A stretch of DNA of 63,852 nucleotides, counting the filler, from Basidiobolus ranarum (taxonomy: Eukaryota), in NCBI GenBank assembly GCA_040143965.1. It is 25 parts of 25 records of this genome, joined end to end, with 100 filler letters (N's around TTAATTAATTAA, not from the genome) between each part and the next. Parts side by side here need not be neighbours in the genome. Positions count along the whole stretch, not along the records: positions 38,437 to 40,892 come from JASJQH010010197.1; positions 40,993 to 43,447 come from JASJQH010010198.1; positions 43,548 to 46,002 come from JASJQH010010199.1; positions 46,103 to 48,555 come from JASJQH010010200.1; positions 48,656 to 51,108 come from JASJQH010010201.1; positions 51,209 to 53,660 come from JASJQH010010202.1; 19 more parts are not named here. The stretch is one strand, 5' to 3'. The notes under the pieces are model-generated. The model ran no database searches. It saw nothing but the letters and a program-made list of their open reading frames with translations, and was not told the DNA's origin. Positions 38,337-51,989 of this stretch are shown here, piece after piece (position 1 is the stretch's first letter; each line of letters begins with the position of its first letter). The position numbers and the translations under genes were made by a program.

Positions 38337-41300
38337 NNNNNNNNNNNNNNNNNNNNNNNNNNNNNNNNNNNNNNNNNNNNTTAATTAATTAANNNNNNNN
38401 NNNNNNNNNNNNNNNNNNNNNNNNNNNNNNNNNNNNAGAGTATATCTACTAGTAGCCCACTCTACTTTCCGTGCTGTGAGTGTATATTTAACAAAGCTAC
38501 GTGTATGAAAGAATAATCCTATATTATAAAGTGATGACTAAATAGATCACTCTCGTGGGTTGGTTACAGATGAAGAACGTCCCATTCTGGTTGATAATGG
38601 ATTGTAAATTGAATACTATCTGATATACTGTATACAACCTCTGTTGCCTGATTGTAATAATCCTCTTCCTTTCTCATTTAAAGACCACTCTTACTTATTG
38701 TCAAAATTTTGGAGTAAATTGGTACATTGTACCTCTATATATCTAGCCCTGTTATCAATCATTCTTCAAACATCCCTTTTTATATCGTTTCGAAAATTAA
38801 TGGATAATTTTACAATTGTGGTTATTTCAAGCGGTATTGGGTCTATTATACTTTCATATGAACTTTCACCAAACAAATGCATTTATAGCTATTCGTTTTC
38901 GCCCTTACCCTTGCCCTCACCTTCTCCCTAAGAAGACTTGTGGATCTCTAATCTTCTTGTAATGCAAAGTACTTGAATAGGTGAGGGCGAATAATACAAG
39001 AAAAATTCACTATGGATTTCAAAGGTGATAAGTAGTACAGGTTAAATTCTTGGGCTAAACCTACACCTACTTTGTAATGCTTGTTAAAACTCGCTATTTA
39101 TTGTATGTTGGGTGAATTACCAGTGTTTAGGATGAGCAGATGCCTCTATTCAAACCCAGTAGTACTATATATATTTCACACAACTTGAAATGTACTCAAC
39201 TTCTACAAATATCCCTAGACACTTTGCTACCAAGTATTGTGCCTGGTAAAGCAAGTTACTACTATGAACTTTGGAATCTGTAAGTTACTGTAACTCTAAT
39301 GTTCTATAGCTTTAAAATAACCCACTGAGAATACAATCACCTCCACTCGCTACTGAACATGAAACCATTTTCCAAAACTTCCTGCATTATATCCACATAT
39401 TTCGAAATGTTATAATTTTTAAACATAGGTGGAAGCACAGAAGGGCGATATTACCAGTTGACAGGCGTTCTATTCCACCATATTTTTGAGGTTAACAAGA
39501 TCTCTAAACCTATTTGGAAACATCCTACACAGATATCCCTATGTAGGAGTTTTATGTACCATATATCTCATCGTGGAGACCATTCCTACTAGTGCTCTTT
39601 CCAGACCCTTTGCCAGGGTGCTGCCTTAAATATCGAAACAACAGCAAACTCGAGATTGGCATAGGTAGTAATATAGACCCTTTTGTGACACTTTTCATTT
39701 CCTGGTTCCAAGAACGATGCTTATACCACCACTCCACTCCACTCCACATCACTTCACTCAATTTGTATTTCTTCACAATAGTGTAAGAGAATATCCATAG
39801 ATTTAACTCACAGAAGTCATGCACTGCACGTTATCATTTCCCCTCCTTGATAGTCCACTATTGGCTTGACTCACTCTCAATTGCCATACCTAACTTCCTG
39901 ATTCAGACTGTAAATATCTCTAAATGGATCAGTAGTACACAGGATATCCAACTCAAATCATTGATTATTTTGGCTTTAATATCTCAACGGTGAAGTATTA
40001 GGATATGCAATCGATTTTCTTGAACATGCAGTGCTACCCTGTGAAGAATAGCTAAATATATAGTTTAGAATAATAGATGAGTATGTTCGCATGTTGTAAA
40101 AAAGGACGATACAGCGCGAATTTAAATTCCAAATTTAACATCCATTCCAACAAATATGGAAAAGTGCAAAAAAATTCTGAACTACACCACGTACAAATCA
40201 ACCCATAAGCCAGACGCTAAGAGTTCATCCATAGACATCCAAGTAATCAAGTCTTAGATTAAAGCAGCAAGCAATCTATGCACTAGATCCAATCCGATTT
40301 AAACCAAGAGTTGAGTAGAAAAGACAGCCCATTACTAGTAACTAGTCGGGGCTGAACCTCTGTACGGAAGATTATGGATTGGTGATTGAAAGGTGATGCG
40401 GAACAAGAGTGCCACTTCAAGCCAGAAGATGAAACCAAGTTCATTGAAGATTAACCAGGCGTTGTGGCGAGCAATATTACTATACACCATGAATTACCCA
40501 CCCTACTCATAGTCGTGACTTGAGAAAAGTTGGATTATAATCCCATAAAGTGGAACACTTTCATTCTGAATTACACAAATTTTTAGATCTTCCACTGGTT
40601 TTCAATTTAGCTAACTTGGACCAAGCAATCTTCTTTATTCGCTGGAGTATTTAAATTGGATGCTTACCAGAAAAGTTTTTATATATTCTAAACCCATCTG
40701 ACATGATCAATATATTATTTGCTATATTTATCCCTCCCGCCCTACCTAAACTGGTGTGGCAATCTTGAGATTAGATGCAAAAATGGGCAAGTGTCTTGGT
40801 GTTAATTCGACTTAACTAGATTGAGTTAATCATAGTGATCAGGCACATGATCCGTGGCTTGTAACACCTTTGGGAGGTGCAACATTAACTAGNNNNNNNN
40901 NNNNNNNNNNNNNNNNNNNNNNNNNNNNNNNNNNNNTTAATTAATTAANNNNNNNNNNNNNNNNNNNNNNNNNNNNNNNNNNNNNNNNNNNNTCAGGATA
41001 CTGTGTTAGTAAGGGACAAATGATTGGCCTAAAAACATATGAATGTCTTGTTTATACATTTAATTGAGTAAGTTACAGTGTAAATTGTTTATTGCTACAC
41101 ATTCAGTAATTTGTAAGTTACAAACTAGGGGATGAACTTACTTTGTCAGTTACCTAATATTGTAATTTGGCAATACTAAAATGGGTAACTTGGTATGGGC
41201 TGGCATGATATCTCTAAAATAATCATTGTGTCCAAATGTGGTGGGATAGTGCCATATTGTTCCTCATAGTCTCCAATCAAGTGTTATAGGACCCACCATG

Positions 41301-41376
41301 GTAATTGATAGATTGCACCAGATGGTGTACTAGCAGGCTGGATTGAGTGGTAAAATCTGACCTGGTCCAATGGAAC

Positions 41377-43447
41377 AAGTCTAATCCCCTGTAGCAATAT
41401 AATCTTAGGCTTACAGCTAATACCAAGTTTGATGTTGGACTTACTATTTGGTGAATTGATATCAGTGATCATGTGGAAATCTGACCAGGATCTTGATGGT
41501 AATATCATGGAGTTTAGTTTGTATTTAGATAGTACTATTGCATATGCCTGATAGAGTAGACTCCATAGATCTGACCAATCTCCAGTAGGATAGTGCATTG
41601 TGGGCACAAGAACCTCCAAGTTTACTGATGGCAGGAGTCTCACCAATACATAAAATGATATAGGCGTTAATAAAGTATTCACCCATCTGAGCCCCATTAG
41701 ATAACTGTTCAAATTCCACAATCAAAGGCTCCAAGAAGTTGTCTGTAAGCACTGGTGATTTAGGCTCAGATATGAAGGAGAGCATCAAAATAATGTGATT
41801 CTATACCATTCAGAAGGAGCAAGATTCAAGTTAATTAAAGTTTATGGCCAGCAAGCCTTTCAAACTGTTTATTTGCTTAGTGAGAAACCTTCCTGAGCCA
41901 ATACAAATGCTTGAACATACATGTTCTCAAAGAAAACTTGCTTTTCAGATTCTAGTAGTGATATGCATCAAGTATATTGGTAATGCCTTCAGCTTTAAAG
42001 TGAGTACTTTAGTATTGGGTCAATGAACAATATTCGGGTGCTTTCATCAAAACTTTAAAACAGAGAATCAATGGTATGTAAGCCTAATATGAACAATATT
42101 TACCTGATTCAATGATTGCCCATTATGTGCAATGAGTGCATGACTTCAGGTTTTTGTGAAAGCAAAGAACCATTGGGACATGACATCAGGTTTATTACTG
42201 AAAGATTATAAGTCATATAATCGACAAGTGTTCTCCACTTGTACCAGGTCTGTTGCAAGCAACAGTTGCCAAACAACTGGGTTGATAGTGTAGAAAAACA
42301 GTAAACACCTGGTTGCTAAGATTGAATTGAGCTCTCCACCCCTGATTAATCAAAGCTGCTTCCTTTACAGTAAGTGTTATAAGTGGATTAATGTTTACCA
42401 ATAACAAAGAGCCCATAACAAAACCATTGTCTTCTAGAACTTCTGATATACTATCATTGGTACTGGAATAACCATGGCCAACATCTAGCAGCAAGTCATC
42501 AAAGTTGTCTGAACTTACTGGTTCAACCAAAGTTGCATTTTATATACATCATTCTAGCCATATAACCATGGCAACTCCATGGTATCTTGACTTTTGATGG
42601 TATTACCAAAACTTTGGGGCAAAGTACAGTCAGTTCACTCAGTGGGCATAACTAAAGTAAATTTTGTGCACTTATTACTGTTGATATTCACCAGGCATTG
42701 TGCAGCTGGTGGCTTTGCACAGGGTCCATGCTTGTGATTATTTTTTCTATGAAGCCTCCAGCTTTCATAGCACAAGAATTTGTGACAATAATAGTGGGGA
42801 TTATTTAAATGTTTGCATTGTGGCATTAAAAGGATATTGTAGAAAGAAGAACATATCCTGTGTACGGGTGGTATTTTAGGTAAAGCCCATCAATATCATC
42901 AGCTGATTCTGAGATAGTGTCATGGTTGAGTCATCAGGGGAATTACAAGATATATCTGGTAATGGTTGACAATTTTGGTTTATTACAAGCTGTTTCTAAA
43001 CAATTTCATTACACTAAATTTACTATCTGAAAATTTCAATATTATTCAAAAAGAATTCAAAATTTAAATCAAAATTGACTTCCAAGCCAAAGCCTGCTGG
43101 CACAAAAGGAAAAAAAACCAGCAAGAACAGAGAACTTAATTGGTGAACAGTCTGGCAATCCACAATCCACTTTGATTGGCATTGATTTGCTGGAAACTAA
43201 CTCAAATAATGATGAACCATTAATCAATTTACCAGATGTGTTCCTTTGCAGCAATAGTGCAAGTGAAGAGATTGTGATCCCCCCATTTCATAGTAAATAA
43301 ACAGCTGAGCGAAGTTCAACCAAAACACCATCAAGACCATAAACTTCCAAAATGGCTATGTTGCCCATGATTAAACAACCCTCCATAGAATATTTGACAG
43401 AATTATTATAACAAGGGAATTGCAGGCAGAACACCATAACAATTTAT
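41377..43447 (-). mobile_element. CACTA/EnSpm transposase 5' part (start about 42826) and divergent accessory ORF
   Basis: SPVLTDNFLEPLIVEF and GETPAISKLGGSCAHNALS motifs. Colinear with contig 23. Confidence 0.85.
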
Positions 43448-43547
43448 NNNNNNNNNNNNNNNNNNNNNNNNNNNNNNNNNNNNNNNNNNNNTTAATTAAT
43501 TAANNNNNNNNNNNNNNNNNNNNNNNNNNNNNNNNNNNNNNNNNNNN

Positions 43548-43982
43548 AGGGTATTTGCCAGATAGCTGGAAGAATGTTGATTCAGCAATGTTAATACAAT
43601 GGTGGGCTTTGATTGAGATATTGATACAAACTTGTGTTGGGTATGAGCCAAACCTTGGGTATGAAGAACTCTATAAAAATACACATGAGAATATATCAAA
43701 GAGACTGGGGATTTCAAAGGTGACAAATTAGCATTCAAGTGGTAAATGTGTAAAATTTGAGTTATGTTTTTTGCATATGCATTGATACATAGTTTGCTGA
43801 GATTGTAGCCAATCATGTGCAACTATTTTGCAAGATCTTGAAATTTCACTTGTGAAACTGAAAAAATTGTTTAAAATCAAATCTAACTTGACAATTTGGT
43901 GATGGTGAATATACAGTCAATCCCAAATGGATTTAATTGTAATGGTTTTCCTACAATAACAATTCTCAAATTTCTGTTAGGG
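43548..43982 (-). mobile_element. CACTA left end (copy)
   Basis: Ends TCTCAAATTTCTGTTAGGG. Confidence 0.75.
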
Positions 43983-44420
43983 AGCCATTTGGACCTTCAG
44001 AAAGATAGGGAATTGATTTGATATGAAGACTATACACAAGTAGAAGAAGTATTCAATGGGTTCTTGTTGTCATTGACCTTGCAACTAAGTGGCTTGTTGC
44101 CAAAGTGGTACCAACTCCTAGTAAAGAAAAAGTGGCAAGTTAGATAAACCATGAAGTTTGGATACCCTGTAGAGATTCTGTTAGACACAGGAGCTAATTT
44201 GTGGCAAAGACACTTAGAGCCTATTTAGAGCTGCAAGATATCAACCATTTACCACCTCTGTCTACCATTCAAGTAACAATGGAGCCACTCAGAGATTTTA
44301 CAAACTTTGAGGCAAGATGCTATCCTAGTATGCCAATAGAGCAAAACACAAATACAATGAGCAATTAATCCAGCCTTGTTTTACAATCTAGTGGAGCAGA
44401 ATATGTGTGGGACCATTAAG
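43983..44420 (+). mobile_element. Highly degenerate Gypsy-like integrase remnant
   Basis: Residual GIDL, LVVID, FGYPVEILLDTGAN and TSVYH motifs. Confidence 0.45.
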
Positions 44421-44425
44421 CCTTC

Positions 44426-45413
44426 TATTGGGAAAATATGGGCGGTTTGGAGGAACTTTAGAAAAGTGGAGTTGAGATTGGCTTTGTGAGATAACTATAT
44501 ATTGTCCAGAAATAAAGCACTTATACACCTTTATAGAAATACAGACAACCAACACTGGGGTTGTGTTCAGAACATTTGTGGGAGTAAAATGAGTTATGTT
44601 TGGGGCAATTTGGATAAGTTTGAAATTTCCAGTATGGATTAGCTAATTCTCACATTATTTACATATATATATATTGTATATTTCAATATGCAGTTAAGTC
44701 ATATTTGACTAAGTAATGTTAACTAACTTATATGTGATAAATGAAGTAGTTAGGTGTATAAAGATAGAGATAACAAATATGATAAAGACAATAAACCTCA
44801 ACACTCCCACTCAACTAAATATTCATATATCTAAGTCCTAACTTAAATCCTAATTCTTCAAATTTTAGCTTGGGTAATGGTTTGGTAAGGATGTCAGCAA
44901 GCATGTTCTTAGTTGGACTGTACTGTAGTTGGATGTGCTTATTCTCAATAAGTTCCCTAACAAAGTGATATTGAATGTCAATGTGCTTATTTCTAGCATG
45001 AAATTTGGGATTTTCAGCTATAGATGTACAACTTTTATTATCTTTGAAAATGATGGTGGGTGAACTTTTGAAAAATGCCCAAGTCTTTGAACAGTTTTCT
45101 TAACCACATAGCCTCCTTTGTTGTATATGATGCTGCCATGTATTCTGCTTCAGTTGTTGAAAGTGCTACAGTGGGTTGCTTCTGGCTATTTCAAGATGTG
45201 GCTGCTTCACTATAGAGAAAGGTACATCCATTCATAGAACTGCTGTCCTCAATATCACATCCCCAATTTGCATCACTAAACCCAATTGGATCCTTATTTT
45301 CATAAGAATATGTATATCTTAATCCCAGATCATTTGTCCCCTTCCAATATCTGAAAATCTGCTTAACTGCTGCTTAATGCTCAGAACCTGGGTTTTGCAC
45401 ATATTGGCTTACT
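44426..45413 (-). mobile_element. Copia family B RNase H, PPT and 3' LTR (44426-44803)
   Basis: ALSTTEAEYMAA, KHIDIQYHF and MLADILTKPL motifs. PPT AGTTGAGTGGGAG precedes TGTTGAGG. Confidence 0.88.
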
Positions 45414-46002
45414 CCCTAACAGTATTTGAGGATTGTTATTGTAGGAAAACTGTCACAATTTTGATCCATTTAGGATTGACCATTTACTTACCTTCATAAA
45501 ATCATCAAGTTAGATTTGATTTGAATCAATTTTTTCAGTTTAAGGAGTGAAATTTCCAGTTCTTGCATAATAGTTGCACATGATTGGCTACAATCTCAGA
45601 GAACTATGGATCAACACATGTGCAAAAAATGTAACTCAAATTTTACACAACTACTACTTGAATGCTAATTTAGCACCTTCAAAATCCCTAATCTCTTTTA
45701 TATATTCTCCTGAATATTTGTATGGAGTTCTTCATACCCAACACAAGTTTGTATCAATATCTCCATCAAAGCCCACCATTGTATTAACATTGCTGACGCA
45801 ACAATCTTCTAGCTATCTGGCAGATACCCTGCAATATTGTGCCACTCTGTGTTAAGTTCTTCCCAGATATCTGCATGGTCAACACCAGACTGAATGTCAA
45901 GTTGAATGTTCTCCTTCTGAAGCCACTTTCTGCATACTTGCACTGCATGTTTCCCTTCATACTTTTGAAAATACTCCTCAAGCACTTTGACTATTTTTGT
46001 AT
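45414..46002 (+). mobile_element. CACTA left end inserted into Copia B
   Basis: CCCTAACAGTATTTGAGGATTG at 45414. Confidence 0.78.
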
Positions 46003-46102
46003 NNNNNNNNNNNNNNNNNNNNNNNNNNNNNNNNNNNNNNNNNNNNTTAATTAATTAANNNNNNNNNNNNNNNNNNNNNNNNNNNNNNNNNNNNNNNNNN
46101 NN

Positions 46103-47418
46103 AACTGACCCATCGAAAAAAACCATATGTGACTGCTACGCAAAAGATCATTTTGAGAGCCCTGTTTTGGATGCAATTCTTCCCTTAACTCTTCCAATGG
46201 TGTTCGAGCTTTTGTATGGAGATGACACTCAATGGATGGAGAACTTCTTAACCGAAACCAAAAACAAAGGTACTCTTTTGCAACTTACTTTGTTAATCAT
46301 CCCATGAGTTGAAGCTAATTTGTTTTATAGAGGTCGAAGTCAGTGGTTGGAGTGAAAACAAACGAACACTGGTGTATATAAAACCCATCAATGCACCAAT
46401 TGGTATGACTATTCTCTCCGTCATACATATGTTATTGCCTACTCACTGGTTAAAATAGGGCCCAAGCAAACAAAATGTACCGTCACCGAAGAAATTGAGC
46501 ACAAGGACTTTGACAAGTAGAAATATTTCTTTTTTACTATGTGGTTTGAGATTAGAGAATTGAACTTTTTATTTTTCGTTCCAGATATGTGTCAGTTGTA
46601 GCCACCGTCTCTACGCCTGATGTCCCCAACGGCACATATTTTAATCCAAAAACTCGCACATGCTTGATGCACGCTGGAGATGGGAAAACTCGCATGATTG
46701 TTACCTGTGGTATTACATGGCACAAAAGCTCGTGGTTCAAAGGTAAAAAGCTTTTGGCTAAGGATTGATAACAATTCATTTAAGAACTGTACTGATGATT
46801 ATGTAATAATCAGGTCAAATCGAGCGTAGTACCTTAGATGGAAGCATTGAAGCAGCTAAAGATACCGAGAATGCGATCAAACGTCACCTTGTAGATAATC
46901 CAACAAATATCACCGCCACAAAATCATCCGAAACAAAGAAAAGAAAGAAGGTTAAGAAGAGCTCACCCAAATCGAGTAAACACGAGAAGCATGAAAGTGC
47001 TCACAAGAATGCAGCACAAGTTTCTGCGGAAACCCAACCCACATCAAAGCCATTAATCGACCTAAATAGTTTAACATCATCCACCGTGATCGTATTGTCC
47101 ATAATGGCAATACTGCTCATTTCCAATATTATCAGTTGGTATCAAATTCATACTATAACGCAACAAATACGCTCTGCTGGAATCTCGAAACTTCATGAAA
47201 TTCCAACACCTCAGATTCCCAAATTAGCCATCTCTGACCCCGAGTCCGAGGTCTCGACTGTTGACTTCTCAGACCCTGAATCGTCATCAAAAACAAGCGC
47301 GCCAAGCTTACAAAGTATTGGAACACAGCTTCAATTCGTTGGGGAGCTTCTTGGCAATATAGATAGTGAAGTCAAAAGGATGGTGACATTGAATGAACAA
47401 AAGAATAGCATGGTATGA
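46103..47418 (+). CDS. LAM/Ysp2/GRAMD1-family sterol-transfer protein, C-terminal part (VASt domain + TM + coiled coil; spliced)
   Basis: Spliced YIKPINAPIGPKQTKC...STPDVPNG...WHKSSWFKGQIERSTLDG, then a hydrophobic helix IVLSIMAILLISNII. Four GT-AG introns. Confidence 0.88.
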
Positions 47419-48655
47419 GAATGTGTATACACCCTACCTGTGTGTATCCTCAACCCAACTGTTCCATCAATATTTAGAATACATTATGATTTGAATACTC
47501 GTACTATTATTCTTCCTTCAACATTCATCATATGTACGAGTATTCATTTTTTAAATCCGAACTATCTACTATGATTCTTTGTATGCTTACTGGTCGACCT
47601 ATACTAACTCTTTTCCTACTCTTACCCTTACCTTTACCCGCGCTCACACTCCACTCCATTTCATCCTTTCACATATTACATTACTACCGCCTCTAACGAA
47701 ATCTTAAACGAGCACTTTAGCAACATTTTAGATATTAGCTTTGAAAATCAATGAAATAAAAGTTTCGCTAATATCACACCTCACCCTCGAATTCAATGAG
47801 ATTCCTTAGATTCTTATCTTATCTTATCCTATCCAATGATATGGATATTTATGAATCCAAATCGGAGAAGAAATCTAACTAATATAGAAATGAATATATG
47901 ATGGGAGATATCTAGAGATTCTATTATTATTATACCATTCATCCACTCTTCTCCAATCTTCACTTATAATACTAATCTTGGTACTTTTGAATCATAATCG
48001 AATATAAAAGTATTAGTATTAGTATTAGTATTAGTATAAACAATTTTAAAGAAAAAGTGAATTTATAGAATGATTCTAGATCATAAAATTCTAGGAAAAA
48101 AAAAATGATTCCGTTAAATTCACCAGTACATATGGGAAAAGTTGAATGATTCATAGATCAAGTAAATATGTAGAAGGTGTAGTGCTTTGAAATATCCAAT
48201 AAATTATGGTTTTTAAAGTTATCAATTAATAGGAATGAAATAAGTTTAGAAACAGGAAGAGGATGGAGTGGAAAAGGGGTTAAGGGTTAGGGCTAGCGTG
48301 AGGGTGAGGAAAGAAAGCTTTAGATTCTAAAATTCTACAATTTTTTTCTCTTTTATTGGATGATTAATAAAGAATCGAGATAGTTCGTGATTAACTTTGC
48401 ATAATAAATTCTAAAGAGAAATAAAAGAAATGATGCAAGTATAACGGGTACGACGAGGTCACTTGATGAATGGGCGAAAGGAAGGGGAGAGAAGAAGGGG
48501 AGAGAAGAAGGAAAGTAAAAGGAAAGGAAGGAGAAGGGAAAGGAGAGGAGAGGAGNNNNNNNNNNNNNNNNNNNNNNNNNNNNNNNNNNNNNNNNNNNNT
48601 TAATTAATTAANNNNNNNNNNNNNNNNNNNNNNNNNNNNNNNNNNNNNNNNNNNN

Positions 48656-51108
48656 ACGTTCCGGTTGTAACTCGGCAACAATCTGTTCAAATGGCACATC
48701 TTGATGACTATAGGCACCCAAAGTAACCTCCTTCACGCGTGCCAGAAGTTCGCTGAATGTTAGTTGCTGATCCACCTCAACCCGAATCACTTGAGTGTTA
48801 ACAAAGAAACCAATCAGCCCTTCAATTTCCTTTCGGTTACGATTCGCAATAGGAGAGCCAACAGCTATGTCATTTTGCCCAGTGTACTTGCAAACCAGTA
48901 TTTCGAAAGCAGTGAGAAGAGTCATAAACAAGGTAGAGGCTTCATTCTTGCTTAACTCATTCAAAAGCTGGGTAAAGGATGGCTTTAGATTCAGTTCTGC
49001 AACCTTCGCACTGTAACTAAGAGCAGAAGGCCTGACGAAATCAATAGGCAAATTCAAGGTACTAATTCCATCTAACTGATTCTTCCAATAACCCAATTGT
49101 TGATCAAGGATTTCTCCTTGTAGCCACTCTCGCTGCCAAACGGCAAAATCGGCATACTGAATCCCTAACTCTGGTAGTGGTGATGGAGTCCCTAGGGAAT
49201 GGGACTCATAGAGGGCAGCTAACTCTTTCTGGAGAACAGTGATCGACCATCCATCAGATATAATATGATGGAGTACAATTGAGAGTACATATTCACCAGA
49301 TGATTGACGTATCAGTTTCACTCTAATCAGTGGCCCTTCTGTCAAATCAAAAGGTTTTCTGGCCTCATTGATAACTATAGATTTCAGGAGATTCAGGTCA
49401 TCAGAGATCTCACAGTATTCGATGAAAGCCAAAGTGAAGAACGAAGCTGGTTTGATTACTTGAACTGGATCGTTACCCGAGAGAACAAATATTGTACGCA
49501 ACGCTTCATGACGCCAAATAACATCCAGAATGGACTGCTTTAGCGCATTGACTTTCAGATCACTGGAAATAGTCAATGCAAATGCCACATTGTAGAAGGG
49601 ACTGTTTGGTATCAACTCGTTCATGAACCAAAGTCGTTCTTGAGCAAACGATAATGGCAAATAGTTTCTTTGAGTCAATCGTTTCATCTCTGGAATTCCA
49701 TTTTGAGTACTTCCGACAACACCATCAACAGGTGGTATCCTTTCACTTAAAGATGCCGCGGTAGGTGCTTCAAATAATAACTTTAATGGTACTTCACGTC
49801 CTAGTGCGACTCGAATACGCGACATGACTTTTGTGGCTGACAAAGAATGCCCTCCTAAGTCAAAGAAGTTTCCGTAGATACTAACCCTCTCAATACCAAG
49901 TACTTCAGAAAAAATATTTGTAAGAGTTTTTTCAAGCTCCGTCCTTGGTGCAACATAATTCTTATCATCTTCGGTATGATAAGAGGTGGGAGCTGGTAAT
50001 GCGCGGCGATCGATTTTCCCATTTGGCGTGAGAGGCAGAGAATTCATTGCTACGATGGATCTAGGAACCATAAACTTTGGTAGAACAGTTGAAAGTTTGT
50101 CCCGTAATGAAGGGACGAATTTGTGATGGGCTGTCCCACATATCATTTCGTCCGCGGGAATATCCTCATCAGTGAGAGTACATTTCCAATCATTGGTGTT
50201 GCTAGTTAGTAAATCTTCGTCAGTCTCAGTAGGTTGATCAAATACGTTGCCTTCCTCATTAAGTTGCTGAAGAGCCATTTCAGAAGTTGCGTAGCTATCT
50301 ACAACAACATAGGCAACCAACTGTTTCTCACCGGATGGATCATCGCGAGTAATTACTACACATTCCTTGATTGAATCTTGTTGTAGAATGATGTTTTCAA
50401 TTTCACCCAATTCGATTCGGTAGCCACGGATTTTCACCTGCTGATCTATACGACCAACAAACTCAATGTTGCCATCGCTCCTGTATCGAGCTAAATCTCC
50501 AGTTCGGTATATTCTAACCCCATCACACCCAGGATTGGGATTGGTAACAAACCTCTGAGCGTTAAGTTCTGGTCGGTTCAGATAGCCTCTGGCGAGTCCA
50601 TCGCCAGCTAAGCACAGTTCACCAATAATTCCGATTGGAACAGGGTTGAGCTGAGGGTCAAGAACATATACGCTGCTATTGGAAACAGGCTTTCCAATGG
50701 GAACATTGTTAGAGATTTGGTGAACCTCGTACCAGGTAGAGAAAGTTGTGTTTTCGGTGGGGCCATACAAATGTAACAATCTTGGGCGGTTTGATAAATC
50801 GAGGAACCTTTGGACAGATCGATAATCTGCTGCTTCACCACCAAAGAGAACGTGTTTTACGTTGCTAAATACTGAAGGTGCATCCTCCACAACACGATTG
50901 AATAATGCAGTAGTCAACAAAATTATAGTGACTGCTTGTTTGGTCATGTTCCTAGATAAAACAGTCAAATCAATAACGTCAGGTTGACTCATACACACAA
51001 TGGTAGCGCCATTCAAAGGTGCCCCCCAGATTTCGAAAATTGCAGCATCGAAAGAGGTACTCGCGACGTGAGCTATCTTATCATCGTTTTGAATGGTAAG
51101 ATAATCAG
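48656..51108 (-). CDS. Non-ribosomal peptide synthetase fragment (A-T-C), intronless, truncated at both ends
   Basis: FDAAIFEI, YGPTE, YRTGDL, QVKIRGYRIELGEIE and PLTPNGKIDR (A domain); FFDLGGHSL (T domain); LSFAQERLWF and HHIISDGWS (LCL-type C domain). Confidence 0.97.
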
Positions 51109-51208
51109 NNNNNNNNNNNNNNNNNNNNNNNNNNNNNNNNNNNNNNNNNNNNTTAATTAATTAANNNNNNNNNNNNNNNNNNNNNNNNNNNNNNNNNNNN
51201 NNNNNNNN

Positions 51209-51949
51209 AGCAAATAAAACTCACAGCTCTCCAACCTCAACTGGTACTTTTCAAAGTGTTGAAATTAGCCCCAAAGGTAAAGGCAAGCAAAAAGCCACAC
51301 AAACACTGCAAAGCACCCTTAGTAGTGTCACACTACAAGGATGTACAAAAATAGTCAAAGTACTTGAGGAGTATTTTCAAAAGTATGATGGGAAAAGCAC
51401 AGTGCAAGTATTCAGAAAGTGGCTTCAGAAGAAAAACATTCAACTTGTCATTCAGCCTGGTGTGGACTGTGCAGATAGCTGGCAAGAACTTAATACAGAG
51501 TGGCACAATATTGCAAGGTATCTGCCAGATAGCTGGAAGAATGTTGATTCAGCAATGTTAATACAATGGTGGGCTTTGATTGAGATATTGATACAAACTT
51601 GTGTTGGGTATGAGCTAAACCTTGGGTATGTAGAACTCTATAAAAATATTTGGGAGAATATATCAAAGAGACTAGGGATTTGGAAGGTGACAAATTAGCA
51701 TTCAAGTGGTAATTGTCTAAAATATGAGTTACATTTTTTGCACATGTGGTGATCCATAGTTCTCTGAGATTGCAGCCAATCATATGAAACTATTTTGTGA
51801 GATCTTGAAATTTCACTCCTGAAACTGAAAAAATTGATTAAAATCAAATCTAACTTGACAATTTCATGATGGTAAGTAAATGATCAACCCCAAATGGATT
51901 AAAACTGTGATGGTTTTCCTACAGCAACAATCCTCAAATTTCTGTTGGG
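51209..51949 (-). mobile_element. CACTA left end (longest copy, about 740 bp)
   Basis: Ends CAATCCTCAAATTTCTGTTGGG. Confidence 0.78.
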
Positions 51950-51989
51950 GCTAAGGAAAGCAAGAGGGGCTTTAACATTATTGAGGCTA

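Noticed and set aside
38437..40892. Contig 16 short ORFs, including a 51-aa minus-strand ORF near 40335-40490
   Set aside because: No recognisable motif or splice-supported structure; treated as intergenic.
43548..46002. Inverted copies at both contig ends suggesting a long-TIR (foldback) element
   Set aside because: Both are left ends of separate CACTA copies pointing outward. A distinct right end exists (10851, 53183) and the TIR is only about 13 bp.
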